From positions 120,528,001-120,592,000 of the forward strand of contig NC_042999.1 in NCBI RefSeq assembly GCF_006345805.1: a stretch of DNA of 64,000 nucleotides. The letters are read 5' to 3'. The first letter of the stretch is position 1; each line of letters begins with the position of its first letter. Below the pieces are notes generated by a model, which ran no database searches, was not told the origin of the DNA, and was given only the letters and a program-made list of their open reading frames with translations. Positions 14,355 to 28,629 of the stretch are shown here, in pieces. The position numbers and the translations under genes were made by a program. The DNA comes from Octopus sinensis (Eukaryota).

Positions 14355-14480
14355 CATATATATGTATGCATGCATGTATATAAGTATGGGTGTGTGTGTG
14401 CGTATGTACATATACTTAAGTATTTTAGTATATGCAAATAAATACATATACATTTCTGTGTATGTGTTTATATGTGTATA

Positions 14481-14517
<37 letters not shown>

Positions 14518-14959
14518 ATGTATGTATGTATGTATGTATGTATGCACGAGATGTTTTGTACCTGTTTTATGTGAGGTAATAATAAGAGTCCCAGTTAATT
14601 ATAATTTTAGTATATCATTACTACACATCTTATAAGCTGACCTGCCTCATTTTTTCCGAACTAAAAGACAGGGCTGTAAAAGCTCTTTGAACTCTCCCTA
14701 CTAAATACTGCTTTTTACAGCCCACCGATTTACAGACACCAGTTGGGACGCGAACACAATTGAAAAGTTCGCTAAGCAATAACGTTTTGCGTTAAACTGG
14801 AGACCATAGTTACAGAAACTTATGAAGTGCTCTAGTCTGGTTATTGATAAGTTTGTATGACTTGAGCACCTATTTTTCGCTAACACAAGAGATTCAAGGA
14901 CGGTGGGGAGGAAGTGAAAGAGGATAGGTTTTTGGAAGGGAGATGTAAGTCAGAATATC

Positions 14960-15545
14960 AGAGCTGATTCAGAAAATTCGTAATTTTCTGAATGAAGACT
15001 GCCGTGTATCTATAAAGACAATAAGTATACTGACTTGAGCCGTTGTAACAACTGTACACAGAATCATTCATGAAGATCGGAGCATATAGAAAATGTGTGG
15101 AAAATTTGTTCCCAGGATAATCAAAGTTGAACTGAAGGTGAGAGATGTTCGTGGCAGCAGGGGTGCGGGATCATTACCTCCAATCCAAGTGTACCTTGCG
15201 TCTCCGGTGACCTGTGACGGAAGTTGTATTTACTGTTATGGTCCAGAAACTAAGAGCCAAAGCACCTAATGCATACATCATGGCTCCCTCAGACTCAAAA
15301 AGGTCAGACAAAGATGATCCACAAAGAAGCTCGTGATGATCGTCTTTTTCAACAACAAGGACATCATCGATATCTACTGGAGTCCCTCAGGCCAGACGTC
15401 AACAATGAGTATTTTGTGGGTGTTTAGGTGTTCAGAAAGATATTTCATCGCAAAAGACCACAGTTCTTCCAGTTGGGTCGGTGGCACCAGCACCAGGAGA
15501 ATGCATCAGCCCATAATTTCCTGTTAGTAACCAACTATATTGATG

Positions 15546-15579
<34 letters not shown>

Positions 15580-15855
15580 TGTATGTGTGTATGTATGTAA
15601 CTGTCCCTCACACTTTCTGGCTTTGACATTTGGCTGTTCCCCAAGCTGAAGGATAACTAGAGGAGCAGTCGTTATGGAGACCTTCAGAAAATGAAGGGAG
15701 ATTGTGACAATGATCTTGGGTACCCTTAATCTGGAGGATCTCCATGGAACCTTGACCTAGTGACAGAAGTGCTACAACATTTGCATTGATGTCAGAGGAA
15801 GGATTATCCTTCACTAAAGAATAGAGTTTTGTTCTTCTTTGAAATTAATAAATGC
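14960..15855 (+). mobile_element. Decayed mariner transposase, interrupted by (TATG)n
   Basis: EDCRVSIKTI...TVHRIIHED..KMCGKFVPR, VTCDGSCIYCYGPETKSQS, HQENASAH, DIWLFPKLK. Confidence 0.85.
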
Positions 15856-16122
15856 TACCCACCGAAAATCATTTAGAAATATTATTAACGTTGTGCTTAA
15901 TGTAAAAATAAAGAGGAATTACTGATTTTCTTCCTCACTAAGGCCTATGCCCCTGTGATTTTCTGTAATACAGTAAAGGAAGAGGTTATTAAAAGATAAT
16001 TAATTACATTAGTTAATTTTATGCAGAGTTGATATCTACGTTTCTGAAAAATAGCTTATCAAGAGATAAAATCTTATGTAATCGGCGTATAATTAGTTTG
16101 TATGCCATATCGTATATACAAA

Positions 16123-16160
<38 letters not shown>

Positions 16161-16215
16161 TACATGCATACATACTTACAAACATATACACACACAGACA
16201 CAGACAGGCAGACAG

Positions 16216-16254
<39 letters not shown>

Positions 16255-16318
16255 CATATATACGAGTGTGTACGGATAGCTACATAGATTATATATGATT
16301 AAATAGGTACCTTTACAG

Positions 16319-16368
<50 letters not shown>

Positions 16369-17397
16369 ATATATATATGTATATGTATATATGTATATAT
16401 ATATGTATATGCATATATGTATATATGCACATATATATGTACATTTATAAATATATTCATATATTTACGTTGAATCATTCATTATGAAGAATATATTTTA
16501 ATATTTATCTCTTTTTATTAGTCACTTGAATGTTAATTTTTCTTGCGCTGGATCATTGGATCAATAGATCTTTTACAACACTACCGAATGGTGTTTAGTT
16601 ACAGAGTCCATAATAGGTGTAGACGAAACATCTCTGCTGGAAGTAATCTCCTCCACCAAGAAAGGTACCTCCTATATTTATTTTCATTATTTTCCTTGTA
16701 CATCTGCTGGTACGTACCAAAGACTAAAGCTTATGCGTGTCCGTTGTATAAAATTGCCCCGGACTTGATGAAAACAGAGTTGGCTTTTCATTTAGTATAC
16801 TGAGTCTCGCAGACTGCCCGAGATCACACGCAGTTAAATTTTCCATTAGAGTTTTGTGGAGTTTCGCCGATTGTGCTCTATATTTCAGTAAAACAATTTT
16901 ATCTGACAATCTCTACGCCTTCAAATAGCACGAGAGAAAATATTATTGTGTATTATATCTCTGTCCCTGAAGGATTAATTAGTTGATTAATTAGTTGTAT
17001 AAATTTGCTGTTACAGTTTCTTTGGAAACCACATGGTGAGGTGAGAGTGGTAATATATATTCTGTTTGGAAAAGTAATATTTCTTTAATAAGCAAACATC
17101 TAGATATCGGCACCTGCAACACATAGCTATGGTCGAGTCTGTGCAGATGTGAGTTTTAATTAAGGTATTTAATTCTAGAAGCAATATTATCTAGGTAAGA
17201 CTACAATTAAAATTAAGTCTACTAAATTATTTTGCGTAAATTCCATATTGTCGTAAATAGATATAGTATTAGAGACAGAAAATCTACAAGTAATATTGCT
17301 AAATATTAATGTTAAACTGAATTTACCTAGATGTATTACATCGTTTGTACCCCCAGTTTCACAACAGTTAATGAATTACTCGTACAGGCCTACTTAT

Positions 17398-17569
17398 AGT
17401 TCTACATTTAAGAGATGAGGAACCACGTACATTATTTGCATTATTTATATTTGACGGATATTTGTCTTCATCTTGTTTGTTGTTAACACAACGTTTCGAC
17501 TGATATACCATCCAGCCTTCATCAGGTGTCTTGGGGAAATCATTCTTAAAATATTTTTCGATGTTGTTG

Positions 17570-17631
<62 letters not shown>

Positions 17632-17680
17632 TAGGTCACTGCCTGGAATCAAACTCGGAATCTTGGGGTTAGTAGCCCGT
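17398..17680 (-). mobile_element. tRNA-head + (AAT)n + HHR composite element (copy B)
   Basis: Reverse complement reads gggctactaaccccaagattccgagtttgattccaggcagtgacc-(aat)n-...-ccccaagacacctgatga...gaaacgttgtgtt-tail. Confidence 0.85.
17485..17531 (-). ncRNA. Minimal type I hammerhead ribozyme (copy B)
   Basis: gacac-CTGATGA-a-ggctgg/atggtata/tcagtc-GAAA-cgtT-gtgtt; stem II fully paired including G:U. Confidence 0.75.
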
Positions 17681-18057
17681 CAAAGGTAAATAATGTAAAC
17701 AATCTGAAATAGTGTAATTCAAACTCGTTATGGTTTGATTTCTTCAGGGCATAGATAAGCCTTATTCTTCTCTTTGGGACCAAAAACTGAGCAATGAAGA
17801 AGAAACATCAAGGTAGACTTGATGTTTCACATCTCTACTGTTCTTTACGAACGCAGGTTATGCTTTGCTGGTTACTTTTTGGTGCTGAAAAAAAGCTCAT
17901 AATTTATTCTATTTTGGAGACTTTCGTAGCTTAAAATACAAACACTACTCACTTAGCAACATTGATGTTATTAGTAGAGACACATAACAGGAAACTGAGG
18001 ATCAATGAACAGAAAGGTAGAGGTTCATGTTGGCCTCTGGAGAAAGAGCAAACAAAT

Positions 18058-18172
18058 AGAAGAAGAAGAAGAAGAAGAAGAAGAAGAGAAGAAGAAGAAG
18101 AAGAAGAAGAAGAAGAAGAAGAAGAAGAAGAAGAAGAAGAAGAAAAGAAGAAGAAGAAGAAGAAGAAGAAGA
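18058..18172 (+). repeat. (GAA)n tract
   Basis: Direct reading; generates the poly-R/E/K ORFs. Confidence 0.95.
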
Positions 18173-19772
18173 ATTCTAAATTCCTTGTGAAGCCACTTTT
18201 GTTAAAGACTGCAAAGCTCCCCTGACTCTCTAGCTCGTATCTTCTTCAAGAATTCTAAATATATGCTGCCGTTGATTGGAGCACTTAAGGGCATATGCCA
18301 TCACCTCGTTAAGTTTTCTGTAGGATTAATACCTGTGGGTCTTGAAATCTAATTTAATTAACCGACATTAGATTTGTAACGATAATTATTTAAACCAAAC
18401 TCTTTGAATATACCCAGAATTAAAATCCTCCTTTCATGGTGATCCTGGCCAAAATTTCGATCTTTGCTAGAATATTTCCTTCATTACTTCATTAGGCAAA
18501 GCGCTTACGTGTCCTTATTCCCTATTTGTCTCTGAGAAATGGCCTTGTTTATCCTTGCTTGCTTTTCAAGTTATCCATCTCTCTATCTTTCAGTGTCTTT
18601 CACTAAATCTTACACAAACAAACATACACACACATACACACACATACATATATATATATACATTCATATATATTCACATGCATTGTTCGTACGCACACAC
18701 ACACATATATACATACATACATGCATACATATATATGTGTTTGTATATATATGTATACAAACACACACAAATATGTGACCGGTGAGGTGTATGAGTATCT
18801 CCGCTTCCGTAAATATGTGCTTATGAATGTTTGTAGGAACATACGAGATACACCATCTAACACCAATAATTTAGAAGACAACTCTTATAATTGATCACAG
18901 ACAGCATCTATTTTCGGAACAAGCATGATTAAACTGTAAATCCAATATCCTTTATATATTTAACCAAATTAAATTACCCTCCTTCCATTTCTTCTTTGTT
19001 TTTTTTTTTCGTACCGTGAGCAAATCCGTCGAAGTCAAGGGAAACAAAAGAAATAGATTCTTGTGCAATCCACTTTTTTTTTAGAAAATGGAATGAAATT
19101 ACTCAGAAAAGAGATATATCATGATATATAAAATAAAGATTATATATTAAATTGTTTACATTGTTGAAAAAAATCTATCTACACCTAGCTTTGTGTTTAT
19201 GTCGATTTAGACGGATCTCTTAGCTCTGTCTTTACAAATTATTCAAGTAATACTACTGCAAAACTATTTCAGTTTTGCTGCTACAGCAGCTCTAAGTCTT
19301 ATATGCAGATAGCATTATATGATAGCAATATAGTTATACAACTACTGTGACTGCAATATTGATCTAACTTACAGAGTGATTTAGTTGTATTGTAATGTTA
19401 ATGCTATCAAAACAGGAGATAGCAGTGATACCACATCTCCAGTCTGTCTACTTCACTTTGCTTCGAAATATTCACTGAATTTACTAACATCTCTCAAAAT
19501 GTCTGTAAATGTAAACACAGTATAAACGATGACAAAATTATAAGAGCACCAACAACAAAAACTACTATAGCAACTACTACAGTTGCTGCTGCTGTGGCTA
19601 ATGCAGCTGAATATTAAGGTAAAGAAAATAAGCAAAGAGAAACAACAACATTTAAAGTGAATGTTTTACTGGACACAAAGTTCTAGCCTATAACACAAAA
19701 TAGTTATACTGTTGGACTACAAAACATATGGATATGTACATATACGGGAAGAGTCTAGTACAATGTAAAAAT

Positions 19773-20041
19773 AAGCAAGAGCATTCAGAGAGCGCAAACT
19801 TTCACGAAGGCAACACCAACGTTCTCTCAACGATTAGCCAGAGGTGATTTTTAAAATGAGAATATCTGAAATAAACTCGACTGCTCTCACAAACAGGAAT
19901 ACTAAAAATGAACCCGACCGCTCTCAAAAATTAAGTAAAAAAAAAACGGAAAAATTATCCAGAATCCTTGTCCGGTACCTGATCGATCCCAATGGTATTC
20001 ATGAAATTTGAAAGTGGATGCGCGGATCGTATTTGTAAATG

Positions 20042-20096
<55 letters not shown>

Positions 20097-20854
20097 GTCT
20101 GCAGTGAGAGCAGGGGCAGTTTTCTCTATGAAGGCTTTTTTCAGTCGTTCCACTGCTATAGTGTCTTTACGACTATTAAGGTCTATAGTGAAATATTTAT
20201 CCGTGCGTGTAAGATAACGGAAAGGGCCTGCATACGGTGCTGCTAATGGAGATTTAACAACATTAATGTACACAAAAACGTGAGTCCAAGAAGTAAAGTT
20301 TTCCTTCAAAGCAGAGCTAGAAATGCAAATTGTCAAGCAAATAAGAGGTTTTAAACAGGAGCGATATATTCAAAATTGGTAAAAAAAAAGTGTCGAAGAT
20401 AAATTGAATTGTTATTACTGAATATGTGTTATTTAATTTGTGAACGGCTTTGCTGCTGTTTGTTTATATAGCTTCATTTATTTATCAATCAGTTTCAACT
20501 AAGATCGAGGCGCGAGTAAAATTAATAATAGGGAAACGGAAACAAAATTTTGGAAACAGCAACGCCGCCATAACTTACGTGGAAACCATGAGCGTGCTTT
20601 CAAAGGAGATATTCAGAGAAAGTCAACGTAAGATCGTAATACTTCATGTAAAGTAAAGTAAATATAACAAATAATCCAGAATCCTTGTCCGGAACTGGGT
20701 CGATCCCAAAATCTAACCAGTTTGTGCTAGTCACAAGGTCAAACATCTCTGAAAGTTTTATCCGAATCCATCCCGTGGTTCTTGAGATATCTTGTTCACG
20801 GACAAACAAACACGACTGAAAACAATACCTCCACTTTCGCTAAGGCGGAGGTAA
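19773..20854 (+). mobile_element. Possible non-autonomous Helentron/HINE-like element
   Basis: Begins a(g)caagagcattcagagagcgca and ends cctccactttcgctaaggcggaggtaa (subterminal hairpin); motif atccagaatccttgtccgg..gatcccaa occurs at about 19957 and 20676. Confidence 0.35.
20105..20290 (-). mobile_element. Gypsy/Ty3 integrase C-terminal (GPY/F) fragment
   Basis: WTHVFVYINVVKSPLAAPYAGPFRYLTRTDKYFTIDLNSRKDTIAVERLKKAF fits the THVFVR..PL..PY.GP..V..R..K.F...G..TVS.DRLK pattern. Confidence 0.8.
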
Positions 20855-21899
20855 AGAGGTTGAAATTTATTATAGTTCTTCAACAGTTTTATTTAGGCTC
20901 TCTTTGTTCTTTCGAAGATCTGTGAAATTCTATGCCCTGCCGTTGGCTATGTGATGGTGATATAATTAATTGGCTTTAATCCGGGTTCCTTAAAAATGCC
21001 CCTTATTTTCAATCTATAGCGCCTTATGATTTACCTTATACTCCTTATTGCTTCATGATTATGGTTAGAAATGCTTCCTTGGGCCTCTAGGGAGGTGATA
21101 ACTGGATTGTAACCTGATTACTAAGAGTGACACAACTCAATGTCAAGCAAGGTACGTGAATGGCACTACTGTGGTAGCAGTAACAATCTCCCGACCTACC
21201 ATTAGTATACTAGGAAATCGTTGATGTTGCTGCGGATGTTATGTCAGAAGCTTCCTTGCTATATTTTCGATTTTCTCACTACAGTAGAAAATTCTCAAGT
21301 AGATTTTACTCCTATAAATGTACCAGTTCTAACTTTGGTCCATGTCTGAAACACCAGTTTGGTTTCAGATATCATTACAATATAACATCGATGCATATCC
21401 ATCTGACCATATTTACTGGTCATTTCAGCGCTCACAACTTGCTATAATTAATCAAAACGTTGCAACGGATAAAAGGTACATAACAACAAAAGATATACGT
21501 CTTCTTCAATGACTACCGTAACTTGAAAAACCCTCTTATCTCCTTACCGTACAATCCTCATACTTCAACCACAGTGACGCTTTTTCACACAAAAACTCGG
21601 CAAATACTTATTCTATCTACCAAAAATGATCATTATATGCAAAATATATCGATATATCGTCGAAATGTTAAGGAACGTATATATACTCATAACGTGAGAA
21701 AGTGGAAAAACAGCGGTATGAAGATTTGAATGGAAAGAAAACAACACAAAACAATTTCAGTAAATACAATTGATTCTTATTAAATTAGACATATTACTCG
21801 TGATCATTACACACAAAATATATTATCTAAAATCATGCAAATGTACGAGAATAAAGAACTAATGTACGCAACCCATATCAAGTAAACAAAATGACACAA

Positions 21900-23690
21900 A
21901 CTTTCGAATAAGAACAAAGCAAAGCGTTAAGACTTGAAATAAATCAATGCTATTCAAAAGTAAATCAAAATCACATAAGTGTATAGATAAAACAATCTGG
22001 ATAACATATAAACAACATACAAATGGCTGATTCAGAGTTTATAATGTATTTCGTAGTTCGGTTTATTGCAATAAGACATTTATAAAGTAACACGATTTTC
22101 AGAGGTACTGTTTCTACAAATGATTAACTTAGAAAAAATAACTCGTTTTATTGTAAGCATTTAAAATAACATCTAAAACAAGAACAAAAGTAAATGGGAA
22201 TATGCTGCAATGAACACTTGACTAAAATGTTACATTCATATTTCACCACAAACTAATAACTAACATAGAGTAATACAATGAAAAACTCGTAAGTGTTGAA
22301 GAGGAAACATAGGCGAAAATGCGAGGGCAAAATCTATTGGAACAAACGAATATACGGAGATTTATAATAATCAAAGATAAGATGAGAAAGAACTGACAAA
22401 AACCACACAGAAGGAATACTTGCGAAAAAATATAAATGAAGAGCACAAAAAATATGAATTAAATATGAACTACCGTAAATCAATACAAGATTCACAACAG
22501 AGCTCAACATGTATGAAATATAAGACTACGAAAGATGGTTAAATAGAAAAAAAGGACCAAAGTTACAAAATAAGATTGGAAACAATGGACATAGTCTTGG
22601 ATACATTCAAGAGGCAAGACCTCAACAAAACTATTAAAGTAATACTCAACTTTCAATCGACAGCAAAGTGAATAAGAACACATTAAAACACAGTTGAAAT
22701 GAAGGAGGATCTAGTAAGTATCAATAAAGTAAACAGAAAAGTGATGAAAATCGATTAGCATTGACGAAACGAATTATCTGCTATAGCAACACTCATACAA
22801 GCAGTTATACTAAAGGATATATATATAACTATAACATAGATAGACAAAAGAAACTGTCACAGAAACAAGCTATCCATGTGCCAACAAACCGAGTGGTCTA
22901 AACTATGCAGAAACTATAGAGATAAATAGAACCTTGCTTTGAACCCATTAAGACCCTTCTCTGCACCGACCTCAAAAACAGAAAGGAAACATCCATATGG
23001 ACACGAAAGAAAAACATATCTTTACTTAGCAAAATACGGAAAGAAGGATCCACCACGTAAAAAAGGAAAATAAATTCAGAAATTGTATAAGATCAATAAA
23101 CATGACACACTGTAAGGAAATGATACGTGTATGTAAATCGTTATCAAAATATATCATACAAAGAATATTCTTGTATCAAGAATGATCAAAGCATACTGGA
23201 AAGGAAGATAAAACAAAACAAATCAACACAATGCAAGAATTCAACAATGGATCAAAAAGGAAGAAGGAACGTATAATACGTAGCAAGTATAGTCAACAAT
23301 AACCAGCATCGAACTCCGAAACGGCATATATTTTGAGCAATCAACACTCGGCAGTAGAACACGTTACGCAATCCACAAAGCTGATAAGTAACACGAGTCC
23401 AACAAAGCCCAGAAACATATACTTCACTGACGAAAGCTAAGAATAACGGAGCACAGCAAAAAGTATCTCAGAAAAAAATGAAACAGGCGTGGCATAAGAA
23501 AATGTCAACATCAACAAAATGTCACATCACTCAGAAAATGGAGATGTACCCGATGGTAACAAAACAGTTCACATAACACTGTCGAGAAAATGATAAATGA
23601 AAGCACCCACGGATATAGCTTTACCTACCTTACACCATCAATAATACACAGGCAATCGATTGTATAAAACCTGTGAGAAAATAATATCAA
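21900..23690 (+). mobile_element. Very old A-rich LINE-like relic
   Basis: Strong A/purine strand bias and APE-like remnants (N.RG.NLLE, MDIVL); no intact motif. Confidence 0.25.
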
Positions 23691-23710
23691 TAACAACAAC
23701 AAAAACAACA

Positions 23711-23724
23711 ATAGTAGTAGTAGC

Positions 23725-23790
<66 letters not shown>
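23711..23790 (+). repeat. (TAG)n microsatellite
   Basis: Direct reading. Confidence 0.95.
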
Positions 23791-25869
23791 TGTTGTTATT
23801 GGACACAAGAGTGACAAAGACCATTTAAGATATTACGAAGGCAACGACAGAGAGGTTTTAGAAAAATAAACAAAAAAGAAAGAAAGGTTACTAAAAAGTT
23901 TTATCCCAGGAGGGATAAAGTGCTCTCAGAGGTAACCAAAAATTCTACTTAAGTCAACCTACTTAACAAGAGTATCGATAGCGAACTCCGTCTAACACGT
24001 GAGAGCAGCTATTCGACATAAATCTGCAAGTCAACAAAGGTGAAGTATTCAATAAGTGCGAGCAAAATTCTTTTGTCACTCTACGCACATCTCGGGTAAG
24101 CGTGGATGACAGCACTATTATGCATGTAGAGTTTATCTTAAATCCGTAATGCTTCCTCACCCCATCAGGTAAGACTTGGGGATCAGCGATTTATGGTAAT
24201 TATCAATTCACACCGGCCCAAGATCAACCGGCAAAAAAGACAATTTTCATCGACGTCCTAAGTTTCAGCTAGAACAATGTCGCTTTGATCCACTACTAAT
24301 CGTTTATAGGACATGGTGGAACAAATACCTGCCGCTTTGGACGATAGGTAGAGAGATGTGAGTGCCTGATAGCAGTATAGATGCTAGTCATCCTCTCTTA
24401 TCCTACTGCATTTCTAACAGAAATGCAGGAAAGCAAGTCTAACAAACAGCGAACGTACCTGCTCACAGTCAAGGTAACGTTGGAGATGTCGTATATTTGA
24501 GCGTCATCAGTCACGGTATGTCCTGTCCTCCACGCAGTTGATATTCATAACAAATGGTCGGTGTGATCAACTGAAAACGTCCTGTTTGCAGAAAGCAAAG
24601 GAGCAAGCTTGCCATTCTGATCACCCAGCTAGAATGGTGTATACGTTCTAAGTATGCGACCGAAGGTTGAAATGCACGTCGAAGAGGGGACACTTACTAT
24701 GATACCCTCGTTAAGGAAGGTGACTCGTAATTTGTGAGATCTATTTTTTTTACCCCTGAGAGTATTTTATCCCTGCTGGGATGAAATGTTTTGGTAATAT
24801 TCCTTTCCATTTTGTTTATTTTTCTAAAACCTCTTTGTCGTTACCTTTGCTATGTCCTAAATGGAAAGACGCATGCCACGATGCTGACGCGGTTAATATA
24901 TGACGGAAGCTATGCAATGGCTTTCTACTGACAACCAACAGGTCCTTCTCTTGGTTCTTTGTAGGTATGATGTCTACCCTACCATCATATCTTTGTCCAA
25001 CTGCAGAACTAGGTCAAACAACATTCAAGTAATTTAAGCAGTCCGTCCGTCCAGTACCTTACAATCATTTTGGATGGCATGAAACTGTCTCTCCAGTTGA
25101 CGATATGTAGGCCCTATCACCACCACATACTCCCTTACAGTAGTGTATGACACATACACAAGAAAATACTTGAGGCGAAAGAAACGCAATTTTACATGAA
25201 AACAATAACAGAATTGTCAATTTGAAATAAAACTCTTATAATAAAAATATAAAATATTTCTATGGATGAATCAATGGATATTGAAACAGATAAGTAATTT
25301 CGTAATTCGAATATAATGTGAATTCATTACATAAAGAATATCACAATGTACAGTTGACTACAGAACATAAATAGCCTGATTACAAAATAATCCATCTTAT
25401 AATATCAACTCAAACTAGAATCTCGTTTATAAGAGGACACAAAATTCATGAATATTGTATCAAAGAATCTCATAAAGAAGAAAAAGGTGAGAGAGTATAT
25501 TATTATAAATAAATAGTGACTGTACAGAGATTTGAAAGAAACCAAATGTTAAATATAAGAAACTCATTCGATTAATCTTTTAAAGCAGAAATGGAAGTGA
25601 AGGCATGTATTTGATAAGGTCGCGAAAAGCGACGGAAGGATTGACAAACAACCCATTGATTGTTTCATCAGCAAATTAAGCAAACAATCGGTTAGTTGGT
25701 TAGACATTTAATCAATAGATTAACAATAAAGAAAGTAAAATTGAATTAATGCGTGTGTTGTTATATGCGTAATGACCCTCCCACGACTAATACTAAAACT
25801 ACTGTTGCTACTCTCAGTGCGACTGCCACTACTACTACTATTACACAGAACAACAATTTTGTTTTTAAT

Positions 25870-27900
25870 TTTCTGTTGCATGAGATTATTTACTGATTCT
25901 CTCTTTTTGGGTCTAATTTCAAATCTGTAACCGGTTTTGCTTTTCATGTTCATAGTTTTCTTGCAATTTGAAGATTAACATTTAATACATTTATAGTTAA
26001 ATTTGACACACCGAGTTACATAAATCCTACCTACAAAGAATTGATAATTGTCATTTTTGAGATATATCATGGCTTCTTCAAGTAGACATAAGGCTGATGG
26101 CTTTTGCTAAGTCTGTGATTCCTTCACATTTATCCGTCAAAGGTGCAATATCATATTGTTTGCGAGTCAGGCCTATAAAGCCTATTTTGGAATGCCCCTA
26201 GGTGATCAAGACCAAAAATGGGCCTCTCGTGTTTCGAGGAAATGCTTCGTAACTGGACAAAATGAAAACGAAAGGGCCTGCTATTTTAAGTCCCTATGGT
26301 TTGGCGAGAGCCCGTAGGCCACACAAGTGACTGTTATTTTGTATTGTCAACACATAAAGCATCGACAAGAAAAATAGGTATAAAATATCTTATCCCAATA
26401 TTCCTTCATCAATTAGACCTATTGTTAAGTCTGAGGCACTCCCGATTCCAGTTATCCTTGGGTTTACCTCTTCCGAAGATGAAGGTTAATGAACAAGAGC
26501 ATGAGAATGATAAAGATGAAATTATTTCAAAATTCCAAAACTCCTCTTATGGTACCGAAAAATGAACTCCTCAACAGTTTATCCATACAGGATTGAATGA
26601 TTTAGTGCGTGATTTGGGACTCTCCAAGACTGCAACTGCTGTTCAAGCATCCAGACTGCTAAAACAAAAAAAACATCTACTTGACAAAACTGCAAAAGTT
26701 TCTTCTTTTCGTAAACGTGACCAAATTTCTGTGTAAAATGTTTTCAGAAGAAAACTATTCTCTTTGCTGCCATGACATTCCTGGTCTTCTCCAGGAATTA
26801 GGAATCCCCTCTTACAGTTCAATTGACTCGCAATTATTTCTATATATTTCTAAGTGCAGCCTAAAGTGTGTTCTCTCACACAATGTCAATGGTTATGGAG
26901 CTCCCCTACTTGGTCTCTCAGTGCATTTGTAGAAAGAATACAATGACATAAAAAAAGTTATTGAGCAACGGAAGTATCATGAGCAGAACCAGACTGGTTA
27001 TGTAGATTTGAAAATGGTTGATTTACTTTTCGGCCAACAGAAATGTTTCCCATAGTATCCTTGCTATCTCTGGATGTGGGACAGCCGAGCTTAAGAGAAA
27101 CACTGGGTTCAGAAGAAGTGGCCCATTCTTGAGATTTTGGAGGCAGGCATACGAAATATTGTGAATGATCTAATTGTTAGCCGAGAAAAGATTATTCTTC
27201 CATCACACCATATAAAGCTGGGCTTGACGAAGTAATTCACTAATGCATTGAATACTGATGGTGTATGTTTTCAACATACAGTCTCTGTATTTCTTGGTTT
27301 GTCATTCGAAAAGATCAAAGCAGATATGTTCGACAGACATCAGCTTCTGGCCCTCGTACGTGATGATGAATTTGTCGGAAAGATTCGTAGCAGTCATAAA
27401 AAATTTTTCTTGGAAACAGAAAAGCAGATGACTATGCTGTCAGCTTTCCATGATCTTGGGTGTAACATGGCGTTAAACTCCATTTCCTCCACAATCAACT
27501 CGATCAATTTCCTGAAAACCTTGGAGATGTAAGTGATGAACAAAGGGAGTGCTTCCATCAAGACCTTAGGATCACAGAAGTGCGTTATCAAGAGCGATGA
27601 GACAAAAAAATAATTTAGAAGACTACTGCTGCAGCATTAAACAAAACTTCCATGAGAAAGTCTACAAACGCAAGAGCTTCAGCACACAAATTTTATCCTG
27701 ATTAAGACCTATGTGTGATTATCTTCCATCCTAATGAGTTTCTCAACTATGTACACCTGTCATCTGTATATAATATATAATTTTTACTTAAAAGCAGATG
27801 GCGAAAAAACTGGTGCACAATAACAACTATTTTACTCAGTATCAGAAAAAGAATTATTGCTCTTATAGTCTAATTCTTATTGTGGTATTTTAACTCGTAT
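25870..27900 (+). mobile_element. Decayed Chapaev3-like (CMC superfamily) DNA transposon; transposase remnant at about 26069-27701
   Basis: AYKAYFGMPLGDQDQKW, PMVWREPVGHTSDCYF, SKCSLKCVLSHN, DLKMVDLL, GCNMAL..HFLHNQLDQFPENLGDVSDEQRECFHQD; frameshifted; TIRs not resolved. Confidence 0.75.
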
Positions 27901-28094
27901 ATATGAATAAAGCTAGAATCTCAATGCATAGATATTTGTTCTTTGTCACCTAGTTCGAAGATAGTATAAGAAGATTATCATAGGGATTACATCATATCTC
28001 TGGAAATACTTGAAATTCGGAAAATATAAAATATAAAAAAAAACTTTAAGTACAAAAAGTCTAGAGCTTACAGAGAAAACTTCATATTAGAATT

Positions 28095-28555
28095 GGGTAA
28101 GATATGCCATAATATATATCTGGAAGATCCTGGAAGGACTTGTCCCAAACTTTGGCATCGAGAGTCACACAAATGCCAGAACCGGGCGCCACTGCGTAGT
28201 ACCAAGGACTCCAAATTTGCCATCAAGATGTAGGACAAGATATTGTGATAGCCTGGGCTTCAGAGGCCCACAGCTCTTCAATATCCTCCCAAAGAACCTG
28301 AGGGACCTGCATGGTGTAGATGCGAATGTCTTTAAAGTAGGACTGGACCTCTTCCTGTCAGGTGTCCCGGATGAACCAACTTCACGGCAGGAGGTGCAGA
28401 TGAGGGCAGCTGCATCGAACTCTCTCATGCATCAGATGACGTGTGCTAAAAAGCATCCGTGAGGTAAAATCGTGTAGCAAACCAAATGGCGGTGCCCCAG
28501 CATGGCCACAGCTCATTAGCTGAAACTGGAAAAATCAAAATCAAAAATCAAATCA
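28095..28555 (+). mobile_element. CR1-group LINE 3' end (same family as 1-1640)
   Basis: IYIWKILEGLVPN, DSLGFRGPQLFNILPKNLR, FKVGLDLFLSGVPDEP, RAAASNSLMHQ; hairpin tail followed by (atcaaa)n. Confidence 0.85.
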
Positions 28556-28629
28556 ATTCAACATACTCAGATTAGGTATTTGCAATTGTTGATACCAATA
28601 CAACAAAAAATTTGTTGGCCAATGTTGAT

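Noticed and set aside
14674-14730. 12-bp inverted repeat gggctgtaaaag...cttttacagccc
   Set aside because: Short, isolated and without supporting context.
16568-16664. 97-nt open stretch between AG and GT (IFYNTTEWCLVTESIIG...)
   Set aside because: Weak splice signals and no recognisable homology; expected by chance.
23900-25140. GC-richer island, possible LTR-element remnant or exons
   Set aside because: No motif could be recognised in any frame.
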